From NCBI GenBank assembly GCA_964016885.1, contig OZ024742.1:376092001-376156000 (forward strand): DNA of 64,000 nt, written 5' to 3'. Numbering within the stretch: position 1 is the first letter of the stretch; each line of letters opens with the position of its first letter. A program made the position numbers and the translations under genes. Positions 51,857 to 64,000 of this stretch are shown piece after piece. This stretch comes from Eledone cirrhosa. Lineage: Eukaryota. Under the pieces are notes generated by a model. The model made no database searches and had not been told where the DNA came from. It saw only the letters and a list, made by a program, of their open reading frames with translations.

Positions 51857-54697
51857 ATTTCCTCCACAACTTCTCTTTAACTGTGGACGTCCGTGGCCAA
51901 CGCCTGGTGGATAACATCACCGGCTTTTCAATTCATGGCCAGGAAGCCAAGGCCCCAATAGTCAGCCCCGTGTTCTTTATCGCTGCCGCTGGTGACGCTT
52001 ACCATGCGTTACTGGGTTCTTTCCCGGAGCTCACGGATGGAAATTTTCGAGTCACTGACCCAACACACTCGACCGAACATTTTGTTTCCACCACCGGTGC
52101 CCCAGTGTTTTCGCGCCCACGCCGCTTACCGACGGAAAAATTAAAGGCAGCACGGTCCGAGTTCGACCATATGCTGCAGCTGGGCATTATTCGCCCATCT
52201 ACGAGTCCTTGGGCTTCACCGTTACACATGGTGCCCAAGACTTCCGGCGACTGGAGACCCACGGGGGATTATAGGAGGTTAAATGCCATGACCGTCCCGG
52301 ATAGGTATCCCATTCCCCAGCTCCACGATTTTGCATCTTCACTGCAGGGGTGTAAGATTTTTTCTAAGTTAGATTTAGTGCGAGCCTACCACCAAATTCC
52401 GGTCAGGAAGGAGGATATTCCGAAAACTGCAATTACAACCCCTTTCGGATCATTCGAATTTTTGACCATGCCTTTCGGACTCAGGAACGCCGCTAGCACT
52501 TTTCAGCGGTTCATAGACGAGGTCACGCGTGGTCTGGACTTCGTCTATGCTTACATAGACGATATTCTCGTCGCTAGTTCCTCTCCGGAAGAGCATATGC
52601 GCCACATGCTTCTCTTACTTCGGCGACTTCAGGATTACCGCGTTCGCGTGAATCCTGCAAAGTGTGTTTTCGGTTCCACTTCCCTACATTTTTTAGGCCA
52701 CCTCATCGACGCCGAAGGTATTAGGCCGCTCCCTGAGCGAGTTCAAGCCATACAGAAGTTACCGCCGCCTACTACACTTCACCAGTTGCGTCACTTCTTA
52801 GGCCTAATCAATTTCTATAGGCGTTTCATTCCTCATTGTGCTAATTGGCTATCTTCCCTTACTGACATTTTAAAAAAACGTCGTAAGAAGAATGAAGACA
52901 TTTCCTTGACACAAGGACAGCTTCAGGACTTCCAGTCTGCCAAGACAGCCCTCGCTAGTTCTTCTTTGCTAGCCCACCCGGTACCAGAGGCCAAGCTTTC
53001 GCTTTGTGTTGATGCATCTGATACCGCTGTGGGAGCAGTTTTACAGCAGTCTTACGCTGAAAGCCAACAACCTTTGGCATTTTTCTCGAGGAAGTTGAAA
53101 CCAGCAGAAACGCGTTATAGCACGTTTGGGCGGGAATTATTAGCCATATATCTGTCGGTGAAACATTTCTCTCATATCCTTGAGGGGAGAAATTTTACGG
53201 TTTTTACCGACCACAGACCGTTGACCTTCGCTTTGAGGGCCAAAGCCGACAGATATTCGCCCAGAGAGACAAGGCACCTGGACTACGTTTCACAATTTAC
53301 AAACGATATCCAGCACATTGCCGGCTCGCACAACATAGTTGCAGACGCATTATCTCGTTTGCCAATTAGCTCCATCTCGTCATCCCAGGATATCGATTTA
53401 GGTCGTTTAGCTGCAGACCAACCTGCACTCCAATCGTTGGACACTCTTTCTACCGAATTTGCGACTTGCATTTTCAAATATCTGCCCTTGTCCACCACCG
53501 ACAGGCAGATCCTTTGTGATGTATCCACTGATGCACCACGACCACTTGTTCCTGAGACTCACCGTCGAATTGTGTTCCTGGCTCTGCACAACATTTCTCA
53601 TCCAGGATCTGCTGCCACAGTTAAACTCATAACAGCCAGATTCTTCTGGCCTAATATGAGGCGAGACATTGCTGTTTTTTTGCCGTTCCTGTATCGCTTG
53701 CCAGAAATCGAAGATCCATAGACACATCCGGACTCCACTGGGTACTTTCACCACTCCAGATGCCCGGTTCCAACACATCCACATTGACATCGTTGGACCT
53801 TGGCCATTCAGCAGTGGATATTCCTACATATTGACGTGTGTCGATCGTTTTTCGCGATGGCCTGAAGCCATCCCTTTACAAGACATGACTGCTGAGACTG
53901 TAGCACGTGCCCTGGTATCAGGGTGGATTACCCGCTTTGGGGTACCAACTACACTCACCACAGACCGCGGTAGACAATTCTAGTCCCATCTCTTCTCTGA
54001 GCTCACCAAAATAATTGGAGCTCAACGGATTCGGACCACGGCCTATCATCCTGCTTCAAATGGAATGGTGGAACGATTCCACCGCCAATTAAAGGCCGCT
54101 CTTCGCGCCTATCCAGACTCTCAACGTTGGAGCGAGTACCTTCCTATTGTGTTATTAGGAATTCGGTCATCAATAAAGGAGGACCTTGGGTTCTCCCCGG
54201 CCGAATTAATTTACGGTGCTCCTCTAGCGTTTCCTGGGCAAATGCTTGCCCCTGTTGATCTTGCTTTCCAAGATCCGCTTTCCTACGTATCCCGTCTGCG
54301 TTCTTATTTACAGGACCTGCCGCCGATGGATACGAGGAAGCAAACTGTAAAACATGCGGTCCCGAGGGACATTGCCTCGTGGACCCATGTGTTCGTAAGG
54401 AACGATGCTGTGAGACCACCCCTCACACAACCATACTCTGGACCCTACCGTGTGTTAGCACGCACTGACAAACATTTCACTGTAGACGTTAAGGGGTCCA
54501 GAGAGACAATTTCGGTGGATAGACTGAAAAGGGCACACAATGACGCTCATACACCCGAGCCACAAATACCCCAATCTTTCACCATTGTGCATACACCTGC
54601 TCCTTCTCCCCCACCTTCACCTACATACAAGACTACGACCCGTTCCGGTCGGAGAGTCCACTGGCCCAAAAAGTTCTGCCAAACTATTTTTATGTGA
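51692..54697 (+). pseudogene. Gypsy pol: protease C-terminal half, RT, RNase H, integrase
   Basis: [67 protein letters not shown] and GPY motifs. Frameshift near the T-run at about 53675-53681 and a stop at 53981-53983. Confidence 0.93.
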
Positions 54698-56881
54698 ACT
54701 GGCCATTGGAGCCTTATATATATATATTTTCTTTTTTTTTGCTGTTCTTATTTATTGATTTATTGTATTGCAATGTACCTCTCATTATCATTTCACGATA
54801 TATATATATATGTTTCTCGTGTCTTACAACGAACTCTTTCAAAAAAAAAAAAAAAGAAAAGAAATTTGATATTCTTTAAAAAAACATTTCAACAGGAACA
54901 TTTATTTTCGATGAACCATTGCCTTTTTGTTCATCGTTTTCTTTATCGTTCAAGTTTTTTTTCCCCAAAGTTCACACCAATAATTATGCTGAGTGAAGCC
55001 TTACTTTTTCATCATTGTCACTTTCAAAATTGCACTATCATTTTCTCGCGCGTTAGAAATATTATTTTTTTCAACCTTGTATTGGCACGTGTAGGCAGCA
55101 CAAATTCTCGATTCACAGAGACGTCTCTACTCACAGACATAGCCGCACGCCAGAGATAACATTTCTCGCCAAGGATTCTTCAGCCTTAAGCTATATTCTT
55201 CTATTGGCCGGTTTATAAATTTACAATGTAAATTTACCGTTGATAACCGCGCATTTATTAAGAATGCTTATTTCTCTGGTCGCTGGCCTCTTGACCCTTC
55301 CAGGTCAACGCATTCTCAACATCGACCATCAACTTCGGCTGCTATTTCTAGCACTTTGCGCAACTCATTTTTTTTTTTTTTTTTTTTTTTTTTTTCTAAA
55401 AATTTTTTTTTTACTGTGAATTTAAACACCGAATACGTTCACTCAGCGAGACAACAGCAGCAGCGACAGCAATATAACAGCAACAGCAATACATCAACAC
55501 AGCTTCACCAACAACCAAAGCCAGAGAATTTATTTTTGCAGCACTCTTCCTGTGAGAAAATCCATTCGGAGGTTGGAAATTTCACGATATACCACAGAAC
55601 AGAAACCACCTGCATTCATTCTCTGGAACACACTTTCTTTCCTGCTGTCATGTGATTGCACACCTGTGAACTATATTTTGTACATTTGAACTTTGAGCTC
55701 TTCTCTTACTTTTACTTTATTACATTGTATCTTTGGGTGATGGATAGATGGATGTCCAGTCGTTCTCTGGCCAAGAGCGGTTGGCTACCTTGATATCTAT
55801 CATTGATTTTTGCAAACATTCTTTTGTCGTAATTTTCATGCCTGTTACAACATTCTCGCCAACTTGCTACATATTTTCATTTCGATTTTTATACACTAAA
55901 ATTCTGGCGGGAGGTTATGTAGTGGTTGTCTCCCTTGTTTGGATCTAGACGGGAAGTAGAACCCTTTCTGCAACTTCCGGTCAGAACCCTATAAAACTAA
56001 CAACTTTAAGCTCTCATTCTCTCATTGACTTTTCGGCACCAAGTCAAGAGCCTCTCATTTGGCTCTGCCATTCATTTGGCCAACAGGCGCCTGGCCTTAG
56101 CCAGGCGTCCTCTGCCAGCCGCGTTTGCCTGGCAATCAAAACGGTAACTACTAACTTTGCTTCATTCTATCATCTATTACTTTGACATTTCAACTATACT
56201 ATCTACCATTGTTAATTAAATATCATACACACAAACCATGTCTCGTTTTGTTACATTCATACAACCTAGTATCCTCGCTATAGATGAAAGGTAAAGTTCA
56301 TCCCGGTAGGATTTGAACTACGAATACCACAAAGCATTCTCTCCGACATTTTAACGACTCTGTCAATTAGCTGACTTTGTATAACAAATTTAATTTACAA
56401 AAAAAAGGAAAAAACAACAACAAAACAAATCGAGACGTGCACACTCAGCTATAATGGTGAATATTTTCGGTTTTAACGCCAATGAATGCGAGACTAAGGC
56501 ACTGGAATAGTTAAGCACCCTTGCGACCATCACCTGAGGGCCAAAGCCTGGTGACAAGTCCGGCTGAAGATGATCACACCGGATAGAATTGAAGGCGTTC
56601 GTCTTGAAAACGGAAGAGCATATCGGACAGCGCAAACCTTGATATACAAAACACAGGCTAGTCATAGCTGACCAGGGCTAATTTGAAGCGAAACAACCTG
56701 CTAGAAATAGCAGTCCAATCTTTCTCAGAGAATACGCTATCTTTTTTTGTTTTAAGAGGAAATGAGACTATATCTAAATATAAGGCGTTGGTGGTCACGA
56801 CAGAAACATATTTGTTTATAGGGAGGGTTGATGAGAATAGATCAGAGACTTCATCTTCTTCGCCCACTTATTCCTGGGAAG

Positions 56882-57116
56882 TGTAGCGAAATCTGTCCAC
56901 ACCTTGACCCCTGGATGACGTTTAACGGGTATTTTCTAGGTTATCTCTTTTCGGACGTCAACAGGTTTGAGATTGGACGACCTCGAAAGATCACCCCGTT
57001 GTTCTCAAGTCTTGGAGACAGATGAAGCGACATAGATAAATAGCCTGCCTTAGATCAGGCCAAGCAATTCGGAACCATTCTTGATTGAGTAAATATATAA
57101 ACATTTGCTTTCTACA
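56882..57116. mobile_element. Possible solo LTR
   Basis: TGTAG...CTACA termini with internal ATAAATA and AGTAAA motifs; no matching TSD. Confidence 0.3.
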
Positions 57117-57312
57117 GACCCCTTGGGGTCTTACATACTCTTACTTTCTCTTACTCTATTTCACTCAATCTCTATCTCTTGGTCTCTCTCTCAACCAAGC
57201 CAGTGAAGTTTATGAAGTTTTCTTGGTAAATACAATTTAATTATACTTTTACAAACAGACAAATAACGTTCATAATTCTTGTTTATTTTTCGTATAACTC
57301 CGGCGTGAGTTA

Positions 57313-58083
57313 TCTGTATATATATAAAATTAAGTATGTGTGTGTGTGTGTGTGTGTGTCTGTGTGTTACCTACTGGGGCCTACATCTTACGACCGATTT
57401 TCATGAAACTTTACAGGCTCATAGATTAGTCATTGGGGAGTGTTTTCTATATATCAGCGTATCGTTTTTTTTTTTATTCCGGGGTCATTCTGCAGATAAA
57501 AATCGATAGGGGGGATGTCACCTTTTTTTAGGTATCGAAAAATAAGAATTTTGGCTCGAGCTTCCACATTTTGCCACCGATTTCGTTCAAATTTTAAAGC
57601 AAAATAGAATTTATCATTGCACATCCTGTAATGGCTTTATATTTTGCATTTGTTGTTCAGGGACGGCGTGACAGCCGCTTAAATATTCGAAAATACCACC
57701 TTTTCGCTCAAATTTCCGCCTTTTCAGCTCTAGCTCCCACATTTTCCAACCGATTTCGTTCAAATTCGAAACTTCGGTTCCACCTCACACATAAATCAAT
57801 TTATTTGGTTCAACTTTTATACTACGATAGAACCTATCATTGCACATCTTATAGTAGCTTTACACTTTGCATTTTTGTTCAGGGACGGCGTGGCAGTCGT
57901 TTAACTCTTCAAAATACGATTTTTTCCACCTCTCACATATTCCATACGATTTCACTCAACATTTCGCCATTTGCTACACCTTACGACCGATTTTCAAGAA
58001 ACTCGCAGTCGTTAAGATCAACACCTTTTCATCAAAGCAGATATTATTTTACCTACCCAGGCAACGCTGGGTACTGCTGCTAG
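57313..58083 (+). mobile_element. Non-autonomous Helitron
   Basis: A|TC 5' end followed by TATATATAAAA and (GT)n; internal repeats; subterminal hairpin ACCCAG-GCAACG-CTGGGT; CTAG|T 3' end; no TSD. Confidence 0.82.
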
Positions 58084-58317
58084 TTTTCAATAAATTAATA
58101 ATATAGAGGTTTGGTTCATTTATATATATTCATTTTCTGCGTGATCAAAGAACTATCATATCATCATCTCATTGAACACTTACTCATCTACCTGCACACA
58201 TGCAACCTTTGGTCACACTGTATCACAACAGTGAGCTCACCACACAGTAAGCTACAAGTGAGCACACACGCAACAAACGAATCAACACAATAAACTACCA
58301 ACACGACCACCAAAATC

Positions 58318-58900
58318 TACGCTTTAGAAGGTCGTGGAGGCAGAGTCCTCAAACACTCCTTATAACAGGTCCTGTCGGAAGCAGCCATCTCTAACTGATC
58401 CGACTGGATCCCCAAGTATGACCAGCCAAGCTCATGGTTGTTATCCAACCATCTTGCTCAGGGTCTACCCATGGGTCTCTTGCCGTTTGGTTTTGCCCGT
58501 AAAATCTATACAGCGATTCTTTTCTCAGACATTCTAATCACCTGCATATATTATCGGGGCTGCGATCTCTCAATTAGGTGAAGTAGCGAATCTACCTGGA
58601 TTGACTCTCTGATCTCCGAGTTACGCACTGTAGCCAAGATTCATGACCACTGGTAAGGGTTAGCACGAAAACCGAATTGAAGATAGCGAGTTCAGCTTTA
58701 GCGCCTACCTCCCTCCTTCGGATTACTGAATGCTGAAGCTGGCACATTACTGCACCAGCTCCTGCAATTCTTGCACTTAACCAGCCTCCCGCCTTCCATC
58801 ACTCGTGAACATGACCCCGAGACAGTTGAACTTCTCTACCTGCTTCAGTAGAATTCTATTCACATGTAGAGTGCACTGCGCAGGCTTCCTTGAGAGACCA
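58318..58900 (-). mobile_element. Decayed RTE-clade LINE fragment from a different family; sister fragment at 47620-47790 (+)
   Basis: Minus strand reads KQVEKFNCLGVMFTSDGRR ... GHESW ... GKRPMGRP*ARW. Confidence 0.7.
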
Positions 58901-59299
58901 TTTCTAAAATACCAGAAATTATCTAATCTAAAGTCTGTCAAGCCCGAAGGCTATTGCTATTTTAGCAGTATTAGTTATAGATGTTATTGAGATACGAGTG
59001 ACATAATAATGATTTCAACAGCAGAAATTAGAGATGAAATATATGTTTATTTTTGATGTAGCACAAACAATGGTGTGGTACAGAGGCTGGTTTCTGGCGT
59101 GTGATCAGTCGGCTTTTCAGTGGCTGTCTGTTTTTTCTTTCTCGCGTTCTCAACCAGCGTTGTTCTATGAAGAGGCGTGAGGCGTCTTACTACAGTATCT
59201 CCTGCCAGATTTTCAAATTATCGAAAATCAATGTCATTACTCACATGTGGAGTAAGATTTTGTCACCATATATAATAGCTTTATTTACAATAGTTTATA

Positions 59300-59585
59300 A
59301 CTTTGCCTATTAATCCGTATGGTGAGCAATTGGGGTCCTACGTGCTGGCCTCCCCACAGCCCCGGCGGACAGGATGGAGAATGCGTTTCCCCGGAGCATG
59401 GTAAGGGAGATGAGCTGGAAGAACTATTCCAACTCGCGAGGCTCTAACCTGCGGCTGGTTAGCTCAGCGCCTATGGTGCGAATAGGGAGGTAGCTCTAGG
59501 GCCAAGGACACCAGAAGTCTCCACTGCCAAGGGCGCGACTGCGAACCTGTCAGAGAGCGACCGATACTTGGAGAGTTTAAAGAAG
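59300..59585 (-). mobile_element. CRE-clade RLE retrotransposon 3' fragment (family A)
   Basis: KYRSLSDRFAVAPLAVETSGVLGP ... EPRELE*FFQLISLTMLRGNAFSIL. Confidence 0.7.
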
Positions 59586-59719
59586 AAGAAATGACACTAT
59601 ATCCAAATATAAGACGTGGGTAGTGACGACATAAACATCTTTGTTCTTAGGGATCTTTGATGAGAATGGATCAGAGACAATTTCTAAAATACCAGGAATT
59701 TTGGGTAAACTATTTTTTG

Positions 59720-59940
59720 TTTTTAGGCCTGTGACATTCGAGACATTTGGGAGAGCTTGGTTGCCGTAACGAAATTCTTGTCATCGTTGGCGGCTCGCTT
59801 TAGCGACGTATTAAGTAATGCTCGTGAGGGTGCTTGGCTATTCCAGCACTTTAGCCTCGCTATCAGTCATAGTAATGTTGATAGTGTGTTAGCTTGCCTA
59901 AAAACATTAATAGTGGTTGACAACGTCCCTTTGTTCTGGT
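59720..59940 (+). mobile_element. CRE-clade 3' fragment (family B)
   Basis: RPVTFETFG...FLSSLAARFSDVLSNAREGAWLFQHFSLAISHSNVDSVLAC. Confidence 0.7.
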
Positions 59941-59992
59941 GAATGATTGACTGCGTGGGGTCTTCCTCCCCGCTTTCCTCCTTCATTATTTT

Positions 59993-60241
59993 CGAGGTTA
60001 ACTTTGCCTTTCATCCTTACGGGGTCGATAAAATAAAGTACCAGTAATGTACTGGTTAATTGCTGGCCTTGTGTCAAAAGTAGAAACAATTATTTTAGGT
60101 GGTTTAGCAGTATCGGTAGAGGGTCTGACGCCATACTTTCTAGCATAGTTACGTCCCTTTACGGTCTGAGTTCAAATCCCGCTGAGGTTGACTTTGCCTT
60201 TCATCCTTACGGAGAGGTCGATAAAATAAAGCACCAGTAAT
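59993..60241 (+). mobile_element. Two adjacent tRNA-derived SINEs; the second is split by a hAT element and resumes at 62863-62945
   Basis: The family consensus CCAGTAATGCACTGG is broken after CCAGTAAT and continues as GCACTGGAGTCG at 62871. Confidence 0.85.
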
Positions 60242-60965
60242 CAGTGGCGGACTAGGTCTAAAAATATTGGTTGCTAGGAGATGAAGGGGGACTACCTACA
60301 TATAGAATACTCTCATTTAATTTTTAACTTTGATTTTGAAAGTAGGTTTAGAATTATCAATTTTCATTATACTTTTGTAGCTGTCTCGGTGGCCTAGTTG
60401 CAGGAATCGTAGACGGTGGTGATCCTGGTCCGAAGTTCGATCCTGGTCGGGTGTAGGGTTCCCAGTAAACCTTTTCAGTTTTTTTTCTATTGGTTGTAAA
60501 ATAAAAACTGAAAATGATTACATGTATCGCTTGACCAGGATTGAACCCAAGGCCAGAAGCTGCACCATCTCTAGTACTTACCGCAAGGCTACAGAGACAA
60601 CTACGAAAATCTTATGAAAATTAAGACTTATAAACCTACTTTCAAACCTACTTTTCAAAATTTTCAAAACAAAGTGTTGCGGTGTCGTTCATGTCTTTCT
60701 TAATGTTATTGCTCCTACTTAAGGTTGACCTCTAAATCATTTGGGTGTTCTATAAACTACATCCTCGTTTTGTTTCTCATCTATCTAGACTATATTTTAA
60801 CCTGTAATCCATGTTTCATTTCTGTTTCATTTCTGTTCTAGCTCATTTCTCCCTCTCTCTCTCCCCATCTCTCTCTGTGATATTTGAATCTACGACGATT
60901 TGGGCTTACTTTATTCATATATATATATGTTTTTGCTTGTCAGATTCAAACTTACAATGATTGGC

Positions 60966-60967
<2 letters not shown>

Positions 60968-61049
<82 letters not shown>
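60968..61049. repeat. (TA)n microsatellite
   Basis: Pure TA run. Confidence 0.97.
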
Positions 61050-61050
<1 letters not shown>

Positions 61051-61224
61051 TACCAGAAAACCACCCCTCGGGTGGTTTTCTGCTACCATGTGTAGTGTGT
61101 ATATTGATATTATACGCAGGTATATATACATGTAGATATGATACATCAAATAAAATCGCGATTGACAATATATAACCAGATAGAAAAATGCGTACAGCAA
61201 AAAAAAGTAATATTGTTGGAATAT

Positions 61225-61525
61225 AAACCTTTAAAAATACAGGACAAGAAACTAAAATAAAACTTTAAAAGAATAGGACAAGAAACTAAGATAAAACTTT
61301 AAAAGAATAGGACAAGAAACTAAGATAAAACTTTAAAAGAATAGGACAAGAAACTAAGATAAAACTTTAAAAGAATAGGACAAGAAACTAAGATAAAACT
61401 TTAAAAGAATAGGACAAGAAACTAAGATAAAACTTTAAAAGAATAGGACAAGAAACTAAGATAAAACTTTAAAAGAATAGGACAAGAAACTAAGATAAAA
61501 CTTTAAAGAATTGGACAAGAAATAA
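61225..61525. repeat. 34-bp minisatellite, about 8-9 copies (AGGACAAGAAACTAAGATAAAACTTTAAAAGAAT)
   Basis: Period of 34. Confidence 0.95.
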
Positions 61526-62013
61526 AAAAATTTACAATAATATTAGTGGCAACATTTTTTTTATTCGTTTCCTGTGCTATGCCCCAGTATCTTCTTGATT
61601 AGTGCATAATAATTGCGTATTTGATCTGATCATGGCTTTATTTGCCAACCTCAGCAATATACAGTTACCAAACACTTCTACCAAACACTTCACTTGCTTC
61701 GTAATCTCCAACAACAACAATAGACAATTACTACTAGTTTCCTAACAAGAAAACCATCACATAGGGAAGAGAAAACCGAACTTTTTTTTTAAAGAACAAT
61801 TATAAAAATATTTTTATTTTTTTATTGGTTATATATGAATGTCATTTATATATATATATATATATTTTTTTATTATTTGTTTTACTGTATTATATGCCTG
61901 TATGAATAACACGTTTTGCATCAAACACACATCATTTTCCTTGTTACACACCAACATGTTTTTTTTTGTGGTATATTCTGGATTCGGTTGGGTCTCTGCG
62001 GGATCACTTTTCG

Positions 62014-62340
62014 ACTGGTCAAGGTACGGCAAAAGCTATTTAACACATGATAATCAGCCCACGGTTACTACTAGCTCGACTCACTGAGCACGCAACTCAA
62101 AATTGCACACACTCATGTCATAGCATAAACCTCGACTCACGAGAAGAGAATCTTACGTATGATAATACATCGAGATTCAACTGGTCAAGGTTCGACAATA
62201 GTTATTTAACACATGATAATCAGCCCACGGTTACTAATCGCTCGACTCACTGAGCACGCAACTCAAAATTGCATACACTCATGTCATAGCGTAAACCTCG
62301 ACTCAATGAAGAGAATCTTACGTATGATGATACATCGAGA
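62014..62340. repeat. Two-copy direct repeat of about 166 bp
   Basis: CTGGTCAAGGT...TACATCGAGA starts at 62015 and 62181. Confidence 0.9.
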
Positions 62341-63103
62341 GAAATAGTCCTCTGTGTTGTCATATCGTAATCCGATACCGTAACCCATCCATCCATACAC
62401 AACAGTTCGAAATACATGATCACAACTTTGTATTTTTACAGTTTCTTCTAAATGTTACACACACACATGCATACACAGTTATACTATATATTTTTTTCTC
62501 TCTCCAAATTTCTCTACACTCGAAGTATATGCTTGTGTGTCTGTGTCTATATATGTATGTTTACATACATGAATGAATACACTAAGCTTTAAATTTAGTA
62601 GAATGTACAACCACTGGTTCCAGCTAATTGCACTATCGTATATTTTGGTTTCTAGTAATTCCCTGGGGAATTGGTTGATTGTTTTATTTATTTAAAAAAA
62701 AGATTTATTCTTTCTCTTAGATTTCAGGTATTTTTTGAAAACAAAGCACTGGCCCCTAAAATACTACAGTGGGCCCTGCAATGCTACTGTGGGTTCTTGC
62801 AATGCTACCGTGGGCCCCTTGGAGCCCACTTGCCATTGGGCAACCTGGCCAGTCCGCCACTGCCAATAATGCACTGGAGTCGATTTAATCGACTTTTCCC
62901 TTCCCCCAAATTATTGGCCTTGTGTCTAAATCAGAAACCATTATTGGCTTGCTTCGAAAATCTCCTTTATTTTATTATATAAATCAGGTGGAAGTAATTT
63001 GGATAATAAAGAGTTGTTATAACCACGCAGTTAAATAAATACTATATTAAAATAAAATACTAAAGTATGAAATAATTTTCATGGCATGTATTTTCGTAAA
63101 TTA

Positions 63104-63270
63104 CCGGACCACATCCCTACTCACTGCTATTGGAGCGGAGTTGGCCGTCCGCAGGTGAGAGCCCCGTGAGGTGGAGTGGCTGTTCCAGGGCGCCGTCCCC
63201 CGGGACGATGTATTCTCCATCATGTCGGTCGAGACTCAGAGGTGGAGGGTGGGGGTACTCGTTCGGACGT
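63104..63270 (+). mobile_element. CRE-clade 3' fragment (family A)
   Basis: TTSLLTAIGAELAVRR*EPREVEWLFQ..; homologous to 59340-59500 in the opposite orientation. Confidence 0.6.
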
Positions 63271-63484
63271 CAAACATTTACACATATACTTCATATGAAA
63301 ATCGATAGTTTTTTCATGACATAATAACATTAAAACCAAGGCTGGAAATGGTGTAGAATTATCAACAAAACAAGTGGAATGGACCGTCGTCGGTTTCGAC
63401 GGAGAGTGTTCCAGTTGTTCTGCCCATGAAATTAACGTGTAAGTGGCTGAGCATTCAACAGACACGTTACCATAACGTAATTCT

Positions 63485-63760
63485 CAGGCCTGTGGTTTTC
63501 GAGACGTTTGGAGGAGTCGGGCCGCTGACTGCGAGGTTCCTCTCTTCACTGGCGGCTCGCCTAATAGAGGTAACTGGCGAACCTCGCGAGGGCGCTTGGT
63601 TGTTCCAGCGCATTAGCCTCGCCATCACCCGAGACAACGTTGCGAGTGTGCTGGCTTGTCCCAAAAATCATTAGAGAGGTTGCCCGGTACTCCTCGCAAC
63701 GTTGCTGTCTTTTGCTCTGGTGTTGGCTCCGTTGTCCACCCCTTCCTTTACATTTTCTTT
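63485..63760 (+). mobile_element. CRE-clade 3' fragment (family B)
   Basis: PVVFETFGGVGP..RFLSSLAARL...GEPREGAWLFQRISLAITRDNVASVLAC. Confidence 0.75.
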
Positions 63761-64000
63761 AATATTGCAACATTAAAAGAATATATCCTTCTGAAAGAAT
63801 CGCGAGCAATTTATAATGTTATCTAAGCATTTGTAATGTTATTTATGTATATATTTAAAACATATTTGTTATGTTATTCTACTGTAAATTTATTATTTAA
63901 AAATTATTATTTAAAAATTATTCTCAGGGAAATTCAACGTGACAAGACTGATCCTTAGAATTACAGGTGCAGTCCATCAGACGGGCTTCCAACTGTCTCG

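Larger units (their letters stand above)
51193..56282 (+). mobile_element. Ty3/Gypsy LTR retrotransposon, gag-deleted
   Basis: LTRs at 51193-~51556 (3'-truncated) and 55918-56282 (TGTAG...CGCTATA). 4-bp TSD GATG at 51189-51192 and 56283-56286. Purine-rich tract GGCGGGAGG before the 3' LTR. Domain order PR-RT-RH-INT. Confidence 0.95.
60242..62862. mobile_element. Non-autonomous hAT DNA transposon (2.6 kb)
   Basis: 12-bp perfect TIR CAGTGGCGGACT / AGTCCGCCACTG. 8-bp TSD CCAGTAAT / CCAATAAT with one mismatch. Interrupts a SINE. No transposase ORF. Confidence 0.85.

Noticed and set aside
56560-56620. Possible hammerhead ribozyme near CTGAAGA
   Set aside because: I could not find a properly spaced GAAA with pairing stems.

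Overview
Repeat-dense, AT-rich animal genomic DNA. The SINE/RTE repertoire and microsatellite style suggest an octopod cephalopod, which is an inference. The only host gene I can support is an AAGAB (alpha/gamma-adaptin-binding protein p34) orthologue on the minus strand. Five coding exons (50526-50460, 43621-43440, 25480-25381, 17723-17637, 16711-16634) splice in frame with GT-AG boundaries, and the remaining exons presumably lie left of the window. Its introns are filled with tandem arrays: a >15 kb 68/65-bp satellite with a 7,623-bp higher-order duplication, a 6.7 kb 48/56-bp satellite, and 47-, 26-, 48-, 24-, 61- and 39-bp minisatellites, several visibly derived from transposon fragments. 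Two Tx1/L1-like LINEs sit at the same register of a 24-bp repeat and share an identical 3' junction, which suggests a sequence-specific retrotransposon family. Upstream of the gene are a degenerate tRNA-Leu(AAG), a gag-less Gypsy element carrying a perfect 128-bp inverted duplication next to its 5' LTR, a non-autonomous Helitron, four CRE-type 3' fragments, and a non-autonomous hAT element containing a palindrome of two tRNA-like cassettes. All calls come from reading the sequence; no searches were run.
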